Origin: Eubacteriales bacterium
Lineage (GTDB): Bacteria; Bacillota; Clostridia; Saccharofermentanales; DTU023
Assembly: GCA_030537595.1 (NCBI GenBank)
Contig: JAUNVR010000001.1
Location: forward strand, 13,232-77,231
Length of the DNA stretch: 64,000 bases
Direction: 5' to 3'
Shown here: positions 44,699 to 54,850 of the stretch, in pieces
How the letters are laid out: every line of letters begins with the position of its first letter
Position numbering within the stretch: position 1 is the first letter of the stretch
Position numbers and translations under genes: made by a program
The notes under the pieces: generated by a model
The model's database searches: none
What the model was told of the DNA's origin: nothing
The model's input: the letters and a program-made list of their open reading frames with translations, nothing else

Positions 44699-47600
44699 GC
44701 AAGGTTTCAGCCTTCACAAAAAGTAGCTGGCGGAGAATCTTAGGTTCGCTCGGCCGCTTCCTTTCGATTGTCCTGATTTCCGCAGTTGGCATCGGCTTCT
44801 TCGGTGGAGTAAACGGCACCGGAGGGGCGATGTTAAAGTCGGCTCAGACCCTCTTTAGCGAGCAGGAATTGAGTGACATTAGACTGATTTCTCCCCTCGG
44901 CTTTAAGGAATCGAGTATTCGAGAAATCGCGGCAAACCCTGCAGTCGAGCAAGTCGATCAAGTTTTCTTTACCGACCTCTATATTCCCCAAAAGGAAAGA
45001 AACGCCGTAGTTCGCTTTATGTCTTTAGCAGAAGCAGGTGAGCTGAACCAACTCTACCTCGTCGAGGGCAGGATGCCAGAAGCCGACAATGAGGTAGTTG
45101 TAGACCTCTCGGCCCGCAAGCACTTTGGCTTAGAAATCGGGAGCGTGGTCAAGTGGGAAGTTCCAGGTAGTAGAAGTGGCGGTATTTCGCTCGATGAGTT
45201 GACTCAGGCCTTTGAAGAAGCTGCCAGCCAGGACAAAGAGGGCGAGGAGCCGGATTCAGGTGAGGAGGACGGCGATCTCGAACCGAGTGAAAGCAAGGCG
45301 CCACGGAGCCAGAATCCGCTCGACTTGCCAGAGCCGAAGGCAGGGCAGAGCGCTGGGGTGACTGTGGGGCAGTTCGGACTAGAGAAGATCCTGCCGCAGG
45401 TTGCCAATGCTTCGGCAGAGCAGCCGGAGGAGGAAGTAAATGGCGAGTTCGAATTTGAACTCCCCCCGGCCTTAAAAGAGCTAGCTGAATTCGACGCAGC
45501 CGAACTGGAGCGCCGCTTCTCAATTGAAGAGCAGGATCCTGAAGTCCAGGCTGTCCTAAATACTAAGGCGGAAGATATTTTAGCCGATGAAAACGATGCC
45601 TTAATTCAACTGGCCAAGGCGATGGGGGACCGCGATCTAAAACATGAAAGCTACACCATAGTTGGCTTTGTCAACAGCCCCCTGTACATCACCTTCCAAC
45701 GCGATATGAGTAGCCTCGGCGCAGGCAGTGTCGACTTCAACGCCTACGTCAGAAAAACTGAGTTCAAGCTCGCCGATCCACCGCTTTTAGCAATTAGGGT
45801 TAAGGGGACGACGGACTTGAACCCCTTTGGCAAGCAGTACAGTCGCAAGATTCGTAAGGTTGTCGACGATTTCACTGAGCTGGGTACGGCAGAGCTCAGC
45901 AGACGCACATCCGATATTCGCAATTCATTGGAGTCGAAAAAAGAGCTCTTAGAACGGGCCACAGAGGTCAGCCACGATATTTTGGAAGCTGGTGAAGCTG
46001 AGATTGAACGCCTGAGTAAGCTTTTTGAAGAGGCTGCTCCGGAGTTGAAAAAGCTTGAAAAGGAGCTCGGCACAAAGATTGAAAGTGGCGAGAACGAACT
46101 GGCCGGCGGTAAGGAAAAAATCAGCGATGCAAGAATGCAGTACCAGTCCGGCATGCTCCAGTACCAGGAAGCAAAAACCATGTATGAGATCAAAGGTTTG
46201 GAGCTCTCGATGGCGGAGACCCAGCTCGGCTTTGCCCAGCAGGCGCTGAATCTCGTACAGGGGGAAATCAACAGCCTCCAGCCACTAATTAATCAGCTCG
46301 ACCAGGATATCCAGATTGTCAATTATAAAATCACTGTCCTGGAAAATATTGCCTATAGCATTGCGCCAGGCCCAATCCACCCGGCGCAGTGGACTGAAAT
46401 CATCAATCAAATTGCTGCCGTTGATGCGGATTTAGCCCAGGCCATTGCGGCAATGAATCCCTACGATCCAAATGCCGGGGGGCTTTTAAAGCAGAGCCTG
46501 GCTAATGCAATTACTGCCTCGCGCTTAATCCGAGGGCAGTCGATGGCCGTGTATAACTATCATCGGATGCGCTTAGATGCCTTCTTTAATCGTGTTGCCT
46601 CTGCAGAGCAAGAGGTGCAAAGTAAGCAGGCGATGGTCGATGAGGGTCGGGCTGCCTGGGAGGCCGGAAAGAGTCAATTAGACGCGGCCAAGGCAGAGTT
46701 GAATGCTGCCAGCTCACAGATTTCTGAGGGAGAAAAGCAGATCGCCGAGCACGAGATGAAGCTGAGCCAGGGCAAGGATCGCTTGACGCGTGAGCTCTTG
46801 ACGGCAAGTCTCAAGCTCGAGAATGGTGAGCAGCAATTAAATGCTGCCAGGCAGCGCTTTATTGCAGAAAAAACTGAGGCGATGCGCAAGATTGAGCTCG
46901 CCGACGAGGCCATTGCTGAGGCTGAGCAATTGATTCTGGAGCTGCCGAGTGGCTGGTTCGTCTTTGACCGTAACGACAATCCAGGTTACGAATCCTTCCA
47001 AAGTGATGTGGACCGAATTTCAGCTGTGGCTCGGGTTTTCCCAGTTTTCCTCTTCCTGGTTGCGGCCCTAGTTTGCCTGACTACAATGACTCGCTTAATC
47101 GAGGAGGATAGAACAGAAATCGGCGCTTTGAAGGCCCTCGGCTACGATAGTCGTGTAATTGCAAAGCGCTATTTACGCTATGCCTTCCTCGCGACGATGG
47201 CTGGGGCGATTTTAGGCGGTATCTTTGGCCCCCTGATTTTCCCGACTGCAATCATGAATTCATACAGTAGCCTCTACCAGAGTGTCAATTTCCAGATTGA
47301 CTTTGACTTGCGCTTTGTCCTCTTGGCAACTGTTCTCCAACTCTTCTTTACTCTCGCCGCCAGCTTAGCTGCGATTAAGACGAGTCTTAGAGAGACCCCG
47401 GCCGCCCTCCTCCAACCGAAGGCGCCAAAGCCGGGCAAGCGTATTTTCCTCGAGAAAATTCCCTTTTTATGGAAGCGCTTCAGCTTTACGCAGAAGCTAA
47501 CTGCCAGAAATATCTTCCGCTATAAGGCGAGGATGGCCATGATTATGGCTGGGATTAGTGGCTGTACAGCCCTGCTCTTAGCCGCCTTCGGGATCCATAA

Positions 47601-48648
47601 CTCACTTTACGATATGCGTGACAAGCAGTTCGATGAGCTGTGGCGGATGGACGGGATGGCAATCTTGAGCTCGAGTGGAATTCATGAGGGCGAGAAGGTA
47701 CTAAGTGAGATCACAAGCGTCCCTGGACTGGCCCATGTCCTCCCGGTGAGTTACGAGACTTTAGTCATCGAACCGAATCGGGATTCTAAGCAAGGGCAGA
47801 AGAGCCGCCCGACCTCGCTGACTCTCCTCGTAGCTGAAGATGACGCGCGCTTTAAGGAGCTCTTTGTGCTCCGTAAGGCGCGGGGCAAGGCAGCCATAGA
47901 CCTGCCGGCTGAGGGGCTAGTTTTAACCCGGAAGATTGCCGAGGAGCAGGGCTATGAAGTAGGCGACAGAGTCGTCTTTAAGGACAGCTCCGGGCGCCGC
48001 TACACTGCGATCTTAAAGGAGACGACGGAAAACTATATCCAGCACTATGCCTATATGAGTCCCCGGGCTTATTCGCGGATGTCCTATAAGCAGGCTGAGT
48101 TTAACTCTGTTTACTACAGCTATGTTAAGGATCTCGAGCAGTCTGACCGCGATACTGCAGCGACCGATATCTTGGCCAAAGACCACGTGCTCTCGGTTAA
48201 GACCATGTCCTCTTTAAAGACTGAGGTGACCGATATGATTTCCTCAATTGGTGCAGTGGTCTCGGTTTTGGTCCTGACGGCAGCCACCCTAGCCTTTATC
48301 GTCCTTTACAACCTAAGTAATATCAACGTGACGGAGCGGGTGCGCGAAATTGCCACCTTCCGCGTCTTGGGTTTCCACGAGCTTGAAGTTTCGACCTATA
48401 TTTTCCGGGAAAATACGATTTTGACCGGGATGGGGGCAGCTCTGGGCTTAATTCTCGGGGTCATTTTACACCGCTTTATTATTCAGACCATGGAGGTTGA
48501 CATCATCACCTTTGGCCGGGAGATTCATTTCTTGAGCTATTTCCTGGCAGTCGTATTGACCCTGCTCTTTGCGCAGATTGTTAACTTTGTAATGTACTTT
48601 AAGATTCGTAAAATTAATATGGTAGAAGCGCTCAAGGCCGGTGAATAA
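44692..48648 (+). CDS. very large FtsX-family ABC permease (two FtsX modules, first extracytoplasmic domain of about 730 aa with long coiled coils)
   Basis: 1318 aa. TM1 near residue 25. Acidic low-complexity stretch (..DKEGEEPDSGEEDGDLEPSE..). Heptad-like Ala/Glu/Gln/Lys region. ..VFPVFLFLVAALVCLTTMTRLIEEDRTEIGALKALGY.. and a second ..REIATFRVLGF.. FtsX module. Confidence 0.8.
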   Translation: MVGKVSAFTKSSWRRILGSLGRFLSIVLISAVGIGFFGGVNGTGGAMLKSAQTLFSEQELSDIRLISPLGFKESSIREIAANPAVEQVDQVFFTDLYIPQKERNAVVRFMSLAEAGELNQLYLVEGRMPEADNEVVVDLSARKHFGLEIGSVVKWEVPGSRSGGISLDELTQAFEEAASQDKEGEEPDSGEEDGDLEPSESKAPRSQNPLDLPEPKAGQSAGVTVGQFGLEKILPQVANASAEQPEEEVNGEFEFELPPALKELAEFDAAELERRFSIEEQDPEVQAVLNTKAEDILADENDALIQLAKAMGDRDLKHESYTIVGFVNSPLYITFQRDMSSLGAGSVDFNAYVRKTEFKLADPPLLAIRVKGTTDLNPFGKQYSRKIRKVVDDFTELGTAELSRRTSDIRNSLESKKELLERATEVSHDILEAGEAEIERLSKLFEEAAPELKKLEKELGTKIESGENELAGGKEKISDARMQYQSGMLQYQEAKTMYEIKGLELSMAETQLGFAQQALNLVQGEINSLQPLINQLDQDIQIVNYKITVLENIAYSIAPGPIHPAQWTEIINQIAAVDADLAQAIAAMNPYDPNAGGLLKQSLANAITASRLIRGQSMAVYNYHRMRLDAFFNRVASAEQEVQSKQAMVDEGRAAWEAGKSQLDAAKAELNAASSQISEGEKQIAEHEMKLSQGKDRLTRELLTASLKLENGEQQLNAARQRFIAEKTEAMRKIELADEAIAEAEQLILELPSGWFVFDRNDNPGYESFQSDVDRISAVARVFPVFLFLVAALVCLTTMTRLIEEDRTEIGALKALGYDSRVIAKRYLRYAFLATMAGAILGGIFGPLIFPTAIMNSYSSLYQSVNFQIDFDLRFVLLATVLQLFFTLAASLAAIKTSLRETPAALLQPKAPKPGKRIFLEKIPFLWKRFSFTQKLTARNIFRYKARMAMIMAGISGCTALLLAAFGIHNSLYDMRDKQFDELWRMDGMAILSSSGIHEGEKVLSEITSVPGLAHVLPVSYETLVIEPNRDSKQGQKSRPTSLTLLVAEDDARFKELFVLRKARGKAAIDLPAEGLVLTRKIAEEQGYEVGDRVVFKDSSGRRYTAILKETTENYIQHYAYMSPRAYSRMSYKQAEFNSVYYSYVKDLEQSDRDTAATDILAKDHVLSVKTMSSLKTEVTDMISSIGAVVSVLVLTAATLAFIVLYNLSNINVTERVREIATFRVLGFHELEVSTYIFRENTILTGMGAALGLILGVILHRFIIQTMEVDIITFGREIHFLSYFLAVVLTLLFAQIVNFVMYFKIRKINMVEALKAGE

Positions 48649-48692
48649 TAGGCCTTGGGATTACGCTCTAAAGATTGCTGGAGGATCATAAT

Positions 48693-49415
48693 TTGGCTGA
48701 AGAGAGAATCTTAGTAGCTGGCGGAAGCCGCGGTCTGGGGCGTGCAGCTGCGCTCTACTTTGCAGAGCGTGGATACCTAGTTGATGTCGCCTATCTTGAG
48801 TCCCATGATGCAGCCGCGAGCCTCGAGAAAGTTCCGGGGATTAAGACGCATTGCTGCGATTTAAGCTCTCAGCCGGAGGTCAAAAAGCTCTGCCAGAAGC
48901 TGCGCCAGACTTCCACTCTGCCGCTGGCTGGGGCGATTGTAAGCTGTGGCCGAGAGGCCTACGGCCTTTATGACCTGGCTGGGGTTGAGCAGTGGCGGGA
49001 GACTCTGGATCAGAACCTCTCCTCGGCCTTCTACTTAGCCCAGGAATTACGGAGCGAGCTACTCGCTAACCCCGGCTCCTGCCTAATCTTCACTTCCTCG
49101 GTCTGGGGTCAATGTGGGGCGGCGATGGAGAGTCTATACAGCACGGCCAAAGCCGCCTTAATCGGGCTCGGCAAAAGTCTCGCGAAGGAGCTCGCATCTG
49201 GCTCCGTACGAGTCAATATTGTCGCCCCAGGTGTGATGGACACAGAAATGTTGAATGCTTTTTCAGAGGCCGAGCGCCAGGCCTTATTGGAGGAAATTCC
49301 CCTGGGCCGCTTCGGGACGGGGGAGGATTTTGCCGCCCTCTGTTACTATTTAATCGCCCTCGACCGCTATATGACCGGGCAGGTCCTCGGCCTGAATGGT
49401 GGCTTTTACATCTAG
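48693..49415 (+). CDS. short-chain dehydrogenase/reductase (FabG-like)
   Basis: VAGGSRGLGRA cofactor motif, YSTAKAAL catalytic YxxxK, and the typical IVAPGVMDTEM segment. TTG 48693 has GGAGG 8 nt upstream (ORF-track start is 48675). Confidence 0.8.
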   Translation: MAEERILVAGGSRGLGRAAALYFAERGYLVDVAYLESHDAAASLEKVPGIKTHCCDLSSQPEVKKLCQKLRQTSTLPLAGAIVSCGREAYGLYDLAGVEQWRETLDQNLSSAFYLAQELRSELLANPGSCLIFTSSVWGQCGAAMESLYSTAKAALIGLGKSLAKELASGSVRVNIVAPGVMDTEMLNAFSEAERQALLEEIPLGRFGTGEDFAALCYYLIALDRYMTGQVLGLNGGFYI

Positions 49416-49436
49416 TTTTCGACTTTAGTTCTAGTC

Positions 49437-49889
49437 TTAGTCGAGAGTTTTTAAGTACTCTCTGGCCTCTTTCAAAATTTCCTTATCCCGGGCAAAGTCG
49501 AGGCGTTCGATGGCCTTTTCAAAGCTCAGCCAGCGCGCGGCTTTGAGCTCTGCGCGTTGGTATTTTAGGGCTTCTGGATTGAGGGCGCGGCCGAGGTAGA
49601 AGTCGACTAGCTTTGGCCCGTGGCGCAGCGTCGAGTAGCGACTCTCACGGTGGAATTTAATATCTAAGTCGATCTCGATGGAGGTTTCTTCTTTAACCTC
49701 CCTGATGGCTGCTGCGATCGAGTCTTCTCCTGCTTCGAGATGCCCTTTAGGGAAGGACCAGTGGCCGGCGCGGTGGCAAATGAGGAGGTATTCTAATTCT
49801 TTACTTTCCGGCTTCAGGCGGTAGACTACTGCCCCGGCCGAGTGTTCACGGATAGATTTATTTTCAGATTCTTTTTGTTTATTCTTCAT
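49437..49889 (-). CDS. NUDIX hydrolase
   Basis: Nudix box GHLEAGEDSIAAAIREVKEETSI (GX5EX7REUXEEXGU). Confidence 0.85.
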   Translation of the reverse strand: MKNKQKESENKSIREHSAGAVVYRLKPESKELEYLLICHRAGHWSFPKGHLEAGEDSIAAAIREVKEETSIEIDLDIKFHRESRYSTLRHGPKLVDFYLGRALNPEALKYQRAELKAARWLSFEKAIERLDFARDKEILKEAREYLKTLD

Positions 49890-49938
49890 AGCAAATTTCT
49901 CGTTTCATTTACTCTATGAGTCATTTTAACCAAATTTA

Positions 49939-49947
49939 TGCTAAAAT
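49939..49947 (+). promoter_or_regulatory. extended -10 element (TGcTAAAAT) upstream of brnQ
   Basis: TG at 49939-49940 and TAAAAT at 49942-49947, about 60 nt before ATG 50010. The -35 is weak. Confidence 0.3.
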
Positions 49948-50009
49948 CACAGAGTGAGTTTTAGTCTAGCTAAAACTCTGGCTAGCTTATTCGTCAGAGG
50001 AGAGAGCGT

Positions 50010-51317
50010 ATGAGACAACGAAGCAAGGACACGATTTATGCCGGACTCGCACTTTTTGCGATGTTCCTAGGTGCTGGTAATATCATCTTTCCGCCCTACA
50101 TGGGTGCCAGGACTGGCTCGATGTGGTGGCTCTCAACCCTGGGCTTTGTGCTCACCGGCACGGGCTTGCCCCTCCTGGGGGTGCTCGCCGTCTCGAAGGC
50201 TGGTGGAACGGCTGATGCTATCTCGAGTCGGGTCTCGCCAAACTTTGCCAAAGTTTTCAATACGCTTATTCTAATCTTTATTGGCCCACTTTTCTGCATT
50301 CCGCGGACGGCAGCGACAACGGTCGAGCTTTCCGTAGTTCCGTACCTGCCGAATTTGCATCGGCAGAGTCTGACCTTAGTTGTGGCCGGTATCTTTTTCG
50401 CCCTCTGCCTCTCCTTTGCCCTGAGCGAGAATTCGGTAATCGATCGCATGGGGAAGTACTTGACCCCGGTCCTAGCGGCCTTTATGTTCTTTTTAATTAT
50501 TTTAGCCGTGGTCCGACCGGCAGGCTCGCCAGTTGCCCCCTTGCCGGAAATGCATAATTTCTTCTACACAGGATTCAAAACGGGCTACCAGACGATGGAT
50601 GGGATGGGCTCGATTGTGCTCGGCGGGACGGTGGCTCTGACCCTGATGCAGAAAGGTTATCGGGATCGGGAGTTGCAGCGTTCCCTAAACTATGTAGCCC
50701 TGATTGCTGGTGTGGGTTTGGGCATCGTCTACGTTGGCTTCTCCTGGATTGGTGCATCTGGCTCAGCAACTTTACAAGGCATGCAAAGTTATGCCGACTT
50801 AACGGTCTCTGCTGTCCAGCAAATGGCCGGGCTGACGGGGCAGATTTTTCTTTCCTTACTAATTTTCTTTGCCTGCATGACTACAGCGACCGGTCTAATT
50901 GTGACCCTGGCAAAGTATTTCAAAATTCTCTTTAATGGTCGGCTCTCCTACCGCTGCCTGGCAATTATTGTGACCTTAATTTCCTATGCCGTATCCTCAA
51001 TGGGAGTTGATGGGATTGTAAATCTGGCCGAGCCGGTGCTCGACCTGATGTACCCGGCGGTTATCGTGCTGATTATCCTCAATCTATTTGGGCCGAAAAT
51101 CCGCCACGACAAGGCGTTTCGAGGCGCTGTCTACGGCACTCTCCTAACTTCTTTTATAATGTTCTTGTCCTATTTGCCAAAAACGGCTAAACTCGCTAGA
51201 GAGATTTTAACCACGATACCGCTCGGCGAGCAGGGCTTTCCCTACTTGATACCTGCTGCCATAGGTCTCATAATTGGTACATTAATCGAACGTTTTTACG
51301 GCGCCAAGGCTACGTAG
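50010..51317 (+). CDS. brnQ: branched-chain amino acid transport system II carrier (LIVCS family)
   Basis: ..FAMFLGAGNIIFPPYMG.. signature, 435 aa, 12 hydrophobic segments. Confidence 0.9.
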   Translation: MRQRSKDTIYAGLALFAMFLGAGNIIFPPYMGARTGSMWWLSTLGFVLTGTGLPLLGVLAVSKAGGTADAISSRVSPNFAKVFNTLILIFIGPLFCIPRTAATTVELSVVPYLPNLHRQSLTLVVAGIFFALCLSFALSENSVIDRMGKYLTPVLAAFMFFLIILAVVRPAGSPVAPLPEMHNFFYTGFKTGYQTMDGMGSIVLGGTVALTLMQKGYRDRELQRSLNYVALIAGVGLGIVYVGFSWIGASGSATLQGMQSYADLTVSAVQQMAGLTGQIFLSLLIFFACMTTATGLIVTLAKYFKILFNGRLSYRCLAIIVTLISYAVSSMGVDGIVNLAEPVLDLMYPAVIVLIILNLFGPKIRHDKAFRGAVYGTLLTSFIMFLSYLPKTAKLAREILTTIPLGEQGFPYLIPAAIGLIIGTLIERFYGAKAT

Positions 51318-51344
51318 ATACGAAATTGAGGAGATGTTTAGGCT

Positions 51345-52601
51345 ATGGACCCGAATCAGGGTAGGCAAGACTATCAGCAAAATGCAGCGGGACAGTCGGG
51401 CTCGATTAAGTCGGCTCCGCATCTTTTGGCGTCTTTAGAATCTGGAAGCTTTAGCCCCAGGCAGGACAGTATCGGCACTTGCCCAGCAGCTGGTGAGCGT
51501 CGCCTGAGTAGTATCCTACTCTTATTTATGCTCCTAACTAGCCTTACTGTCTGTTTACTGGCAGGCTGTGGCGCGGGAGAGGATTCCGCTAGTGAGCAGG
51601 TCGAGAATAAATTGGTCGGCGTCAGCATTAAAGAATTGCCGAGCCTAGCCAAGACGGAGCCAAGTCAGGAGGAAAATGCTGACGAGGTTCAAGCCGCGGC
51701 AGTCGAAGCAAGTCCAAGCTATGATCCTGAGCGCCCGGAAGAATATCTCGAATATTATCTTAAAGAGCGTGATTTACCACTAGATATTGTTGAAAATTCA
51801 GATTTTATTAAGGCGATTCGTGGGAAGACAAAAGATGAGGCGATCTATTACACTTTAGCCCTTTTGAAAGTCGAGACGAGCGCCAAAGCTCTTAGTGCGG
51901 AAGAGAAAAAAGCTGAGCCAATAAGGGCCGGGAGTGCCAGGCCGCAAAATGAGCAGGAGGGCAGCAGTCACAATCTCTCGACTGAGCAGGAAGCTAGCGC
52001 GCAGCAGCAGGCAGACGATAGTTCGAAGCAGGCAGCCGAGGCCAATGATTCAGGAGCTGGCTCTGATGTGAATGCGAATTCGGCTGAGCAGCCTGGGCCA
52101 GAAAATAATCAGGCGGCCTCAGAAGGCGCTGAGAACGCTGAGAATACGGAAGATACGGTGCAGACGACAGAAGAAAGTAGCGCCACGGAGCCTACGCCAG
52201 CACCTGTCACCGATGACGGCACAGACCAGGCAGTTGCTGAAGCAGTTTATGCGCTGACCAATCAGGCTCGGCGCTCTTTAGGCTTAGTTGAGCTCAGCTA
52301 TGATGCGACCCTGGCAGGCATTGCCGAGACCAGGGTCTGGGAGATACCCGAGCTCTTCTCCCACACTCGACCGGACGGTTCTAGCGCAACCAGGATGGGC
52401 ATTAATGCCGGATTCTCAATGACGGCTGAAAATATCTCTTTGTACAGTTGGGCGGCAAGCGGTCAGGAGATTTATGACGGCTTTAAGAACTCGCCAGGGC
52501 ATTGGGGCAATATGATTAATCCTGAGCTCACTAGGCTGGCAGTTAGAACTATTACCGTAGGCGGAAATCGCTACACGGTGATGTATTTTGGCCGGCCTTA
52601 A
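51345..52601 (+). CDS. CAP/SCP-domain (YkwD-like) lipoprotein with a long acidic low-complexity linker
   Basis: LLAGCG lipobox after a hydrophobic segment. C-terminal ..LTNQARRSLGL..HTRPDGS..SPGHWGNMINP.. CAP domain. GAGGAG RBS 11 nt before the ATG. Confidence 0.75.
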   Translation: MDPNQGRQDYQQNAAGQSGSIKSAPHLLASLESGSFSPRQDSIGTCPAAGERRLSSILLLFMLLTSLTVCLLAGCGAGEDSASEQVENKLVGVSIKELPSLAKTEPSQEENADEVQAAAVEASPSYDPERPEEYLEYYLKERDLPLDIVENSDFIKAIRGKTKDEAIYYTLALLKVETSAKALSAEEKKAEPIRAGSARPQNEQEGSSHNLSTEQEASAQQQADDSSKQAAEANDSGAGSDVNANSAEQPGPENNQAASEGAENAENTEDTVQTTEESSATEPTPAPVTDDGTDQAVAEAVYALTNQARRSLGLVELSYDATLAGIAETRVWEIPELFSHTRPDGSSATRMGINAGFSMTAENISLYSWAASGQEIYDGFKNSPGHWGNMINPELTRLAVRTITVGGNRYTVMYFGRP

Positions 52602-52702
52602 AAATTCTAATTATAAAATTAAATTAGCGGATTATATCGAGATGGTATAATAGACACCTAAGGCAGTTTTTCTGGTTGCTATTTGTATATTGGAGGGTGT
52701 CA

Positions 52703-53431
52703 ATGAATTTTAAGCAAGTCTGTACCGAAATGATCCGCAAGAGTGATCCTGAGAAGGGCAAAACGGTGTCCAAGTATTTGCAGGGCCGTTATGAGTTTCT
52801 GGGGATTCCTGCGCAGGTCAGACGTGAGATTAGTAAGACCTATTTAAGTGAGGAAAATCCGGAGGAGCCGCTGGACTGGGAGTATGTCCAAGCTTGCTGG
52901 GACCAACTCTATCGAGAGTTTCAATACCTCGCTCTAGACTACCTTCAGAACCGAGCTTCTGAATTAACTGAAAGAGACTTGTTTAAGCTGCGGCGCCTGG
53001 TGCAGGAGAAGCCGGGCTGGGATATCTCAGATAGCATGGGCCGCCTTGTGGCAAAGATTACAGCCCGCCACCCGAAGGCCAAACGTCATATTCTGGAATG
53101 GGCACATTACAATGACCCGAGCGTGCGGCGGATTGCGATAGTCCACCAAATTCCACTCCGTGAAGATACAGATAGTGAACTGCTGACCAAGATTCTCGAA
53201 AGCAATCTTGATTGTCAAGACAGTCTGGTCAGGAGGGCCATAGTCTGGGCGCTTAGCGAATATTCGAAGCACAATCCCGACTACGTGGATGACTTTATCT
53301 GGCAGCATGGCGATAAAATGACTGCAGAAATGAGGCGTGAGGCTGCAAAGCACTTGCCGACTAAGCAAGCCAAAGAAGACAAGAGTAAAGCTGCAAAAAG
53401 CAGTAAGGAAGCTGAGCGGAAGAGTAAGTAA
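52703..53431 (+). CDS. DNA alkylation repair (AlkD-like HEAT-repeat) family protein with a Lys-rich tail
   Basis: ..KYLQGRYEFLGIPAQVRREI.. and ..RRAIVWALSEY.. are typical of the DNA_alkylation family. ATG 52703 follows GGAGGG. Confidence 0.7.
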   Translation: MNFKQVCTEMIRKSDPEKGKTVSKYLQGRYEFLGIPAQVRREISKTYLSEENPEEPLDWEYVQACWDQLYREFQYLALDYLQNRASELTERDLFKLRRLVQEKPGWDISDSMGRLVAKITARHPKAKRHILEWAHYNDPSVRRIAIVHQIPLREDTDSELLTKILESNLDCQDSLVRRAIVWALSEYSKHNPDYVDDFIWQHGDKMTAEMRREAAKHLPTKQAKEDKSKAAKSSKEAERKSK

Positions 53432-53514
53432 TGAGCTGCTCTAGCGAGGCAGCCCTGCTCATAGTTTTTCACTTAAAATAATTAAGCTTAGTAAAGTGGG
53501 TTAGCTAAAGTCGG

Positions 53515-54774
53515 CTAGCCCGCTTTTTTAATGCGCTGGGCGTTAATCCTGTACTGTCCGCGGCCGGCGGTACTAAAGGCGTAGATCACAAAGCCGAGGG
53601 CGATTAAAAGGAAGAAGTAAAGGGAGACACTGCGACTTAAGATCATGGTTGCGACAGCCTTTTCCGGACCTAGGCAGTAAGAAAAAATCTTGGCAAAGCT
53701 ACTTTCACCGAGGCCGACCGCGCCAGGCGTGGGCAGGGCAGTAGAAGTCAGGTAGTAGAGGGATTGCAAGCGCATAAATTCAAAGTAATTTGGCCGCGCT
53801 CCAATTGCCAGGGCGCAGAAATAACTGGCTGTGTAGGAGGCCAAAGTTCCAGCAAGAAAGTAGACAAAGTTCTGACATATCTCGCTTAAATTGGCGCTCA
53901 GGTGGCGGCTTCCGCCCTCATATTGCTCGAGCCAATTATCCAGTTTCAAGCGTGCAGACTGCCGGCGCTTAATAATTCTTTTCGCAATTAGAAACTCTAA
54001 GCAGCGGCGGGAAATATTGGCGACAAGCTTTGGCCGGAAGAGAAGCATCAAGCAGAGCATTGCCATAAAAATTGGTATGACAGTACCGATAATAAAAAAG
54101 AGATGGTAGCCGCTGAGGGCTGCCCAGGCAGCCTTTGGATTGAGAAAGAAGGCGAGTAGGCCGAGGACTAATTTGGCCAGGTAGTAGAAGAGTGAAAGGG
54201 CAATAAAGCTGAGTGAGGCATTGGCAATTCGCACCCCGCAGCGGTATAGATAGTAAATCTCCATCGGCTGACCGCCGGAGGAGGAGGGGGTGATGTTGTT
54301 AAAGAAAAAGCCAATCATTGCAGTATTCAGACCGAGCATGAAGGGGTATTTTTGCTCATCAGAGCGGGCAGTTAAGCCGAGCAGGACGGTGCCAAAGGTG
54401 ACCTGCATGAGGAAGATCAGCCCGACTGCGATGAAAATATAAAAGAAGTTGGCTGAGGAGAGGATCGATTTAACGGCGCTCTTATCGTAGTGCCTAAAGA
54501 TTAGGTGAAAAGTTAAGAGCAAAATTAAGAGCATGCCCAGAATGTAGAGAAAGCTCTGGCTCGGTTTCAGCTTGCTCGGAGTTGCCATCTCGACTTCAGT
54601 CCGCGGCTTGGCCGAGGAGCTAAAGCTGAGGTAGGGTTCCGGTGGTGGTAGTTCAGCCTCCTGTTTTAGGGGGAGATAGTCCGCAGTGCTGGGAGCAGGA
54701 CTGCTCTTAGCTTCGTCTCTTTGCTCATTCTCGTCTGCGGCCTGCCCGAAGAAGTTAAAGCCCAAATTAAACAT
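53515..54774 (-). CDS. UPF0104 / lysyl-phosphatidylglycerol-synthase-TM-region-like (flippase-like) membrane protein
   Basis: 419 aa. Disordered N-terminus of about 70 aa, then 8 hydrophobic helices with ..FFNNITPSSSGGQPMEIYYL.. typical of the family. Confidence 0.7.
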   Translation of the reverse strand: MFNLGFNFFGQAADENEQRDEAKSSPAPSTADYLPLKQEAELPPPEPYLSFSSSAKPRTEVEMATPSKLKPSQSFLYILGMLLILLLTFHLIFRHYDKSAVKSILSSANFFYIFIAVGLIFLMQVTFGTVLLGLTARSDEQKYPFMLGLNTAMIGFFFNNITPSSSGGQPMEIYYLYRCGVRIANASLSFIALSLFYYLAKLVLGLLAFFLNPKAAWAALSGYHLFFIIGTVIPIFMAMLCLMLLFRPKLVANISRRCLEFLIAKRIIKRRQSARLKLDNWLEQYEGGSRHLSANLSEICQNFVYFLAGTLASYTASYFCALAIGARPNYFEFMRLQSLYYLTSTALPTPGAVGLGESSFAKIFSYCLGPEKAVATMILSRSVSLYFFLLIALGFVIYAFSTAGRGQYRINAQRIKKAG

Positions 54775-54850
54775 GAGCCCATTCTATCAGTTTTTAGGCA
54801 GCATTATAACTTTGACAAATTAAAAAATATTTAAGCTATGCAATCAGCCT

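Noticed and set aside
45744-46271. A 175-aa Ser-rich ORF antisense to the FtsX permease. Similar antisense or alternative-frame ORFs occur at, for example, 28276-28752, 32610-33062, 34643-35017, 49112-49546 and 62905-63345.
   Set aside because: All lie wholly inside well-supported genes with clear family motifs. They lack RBS sequences and have the biased composition typical of shadow ORFs.
49890-50009. Possible T-box leader upstream of brnQ.
   Set aside because: The distance from the -10 element to the ATG is only about 60 nt, and there is no T-box sequence or terminator/antiterminator pair.
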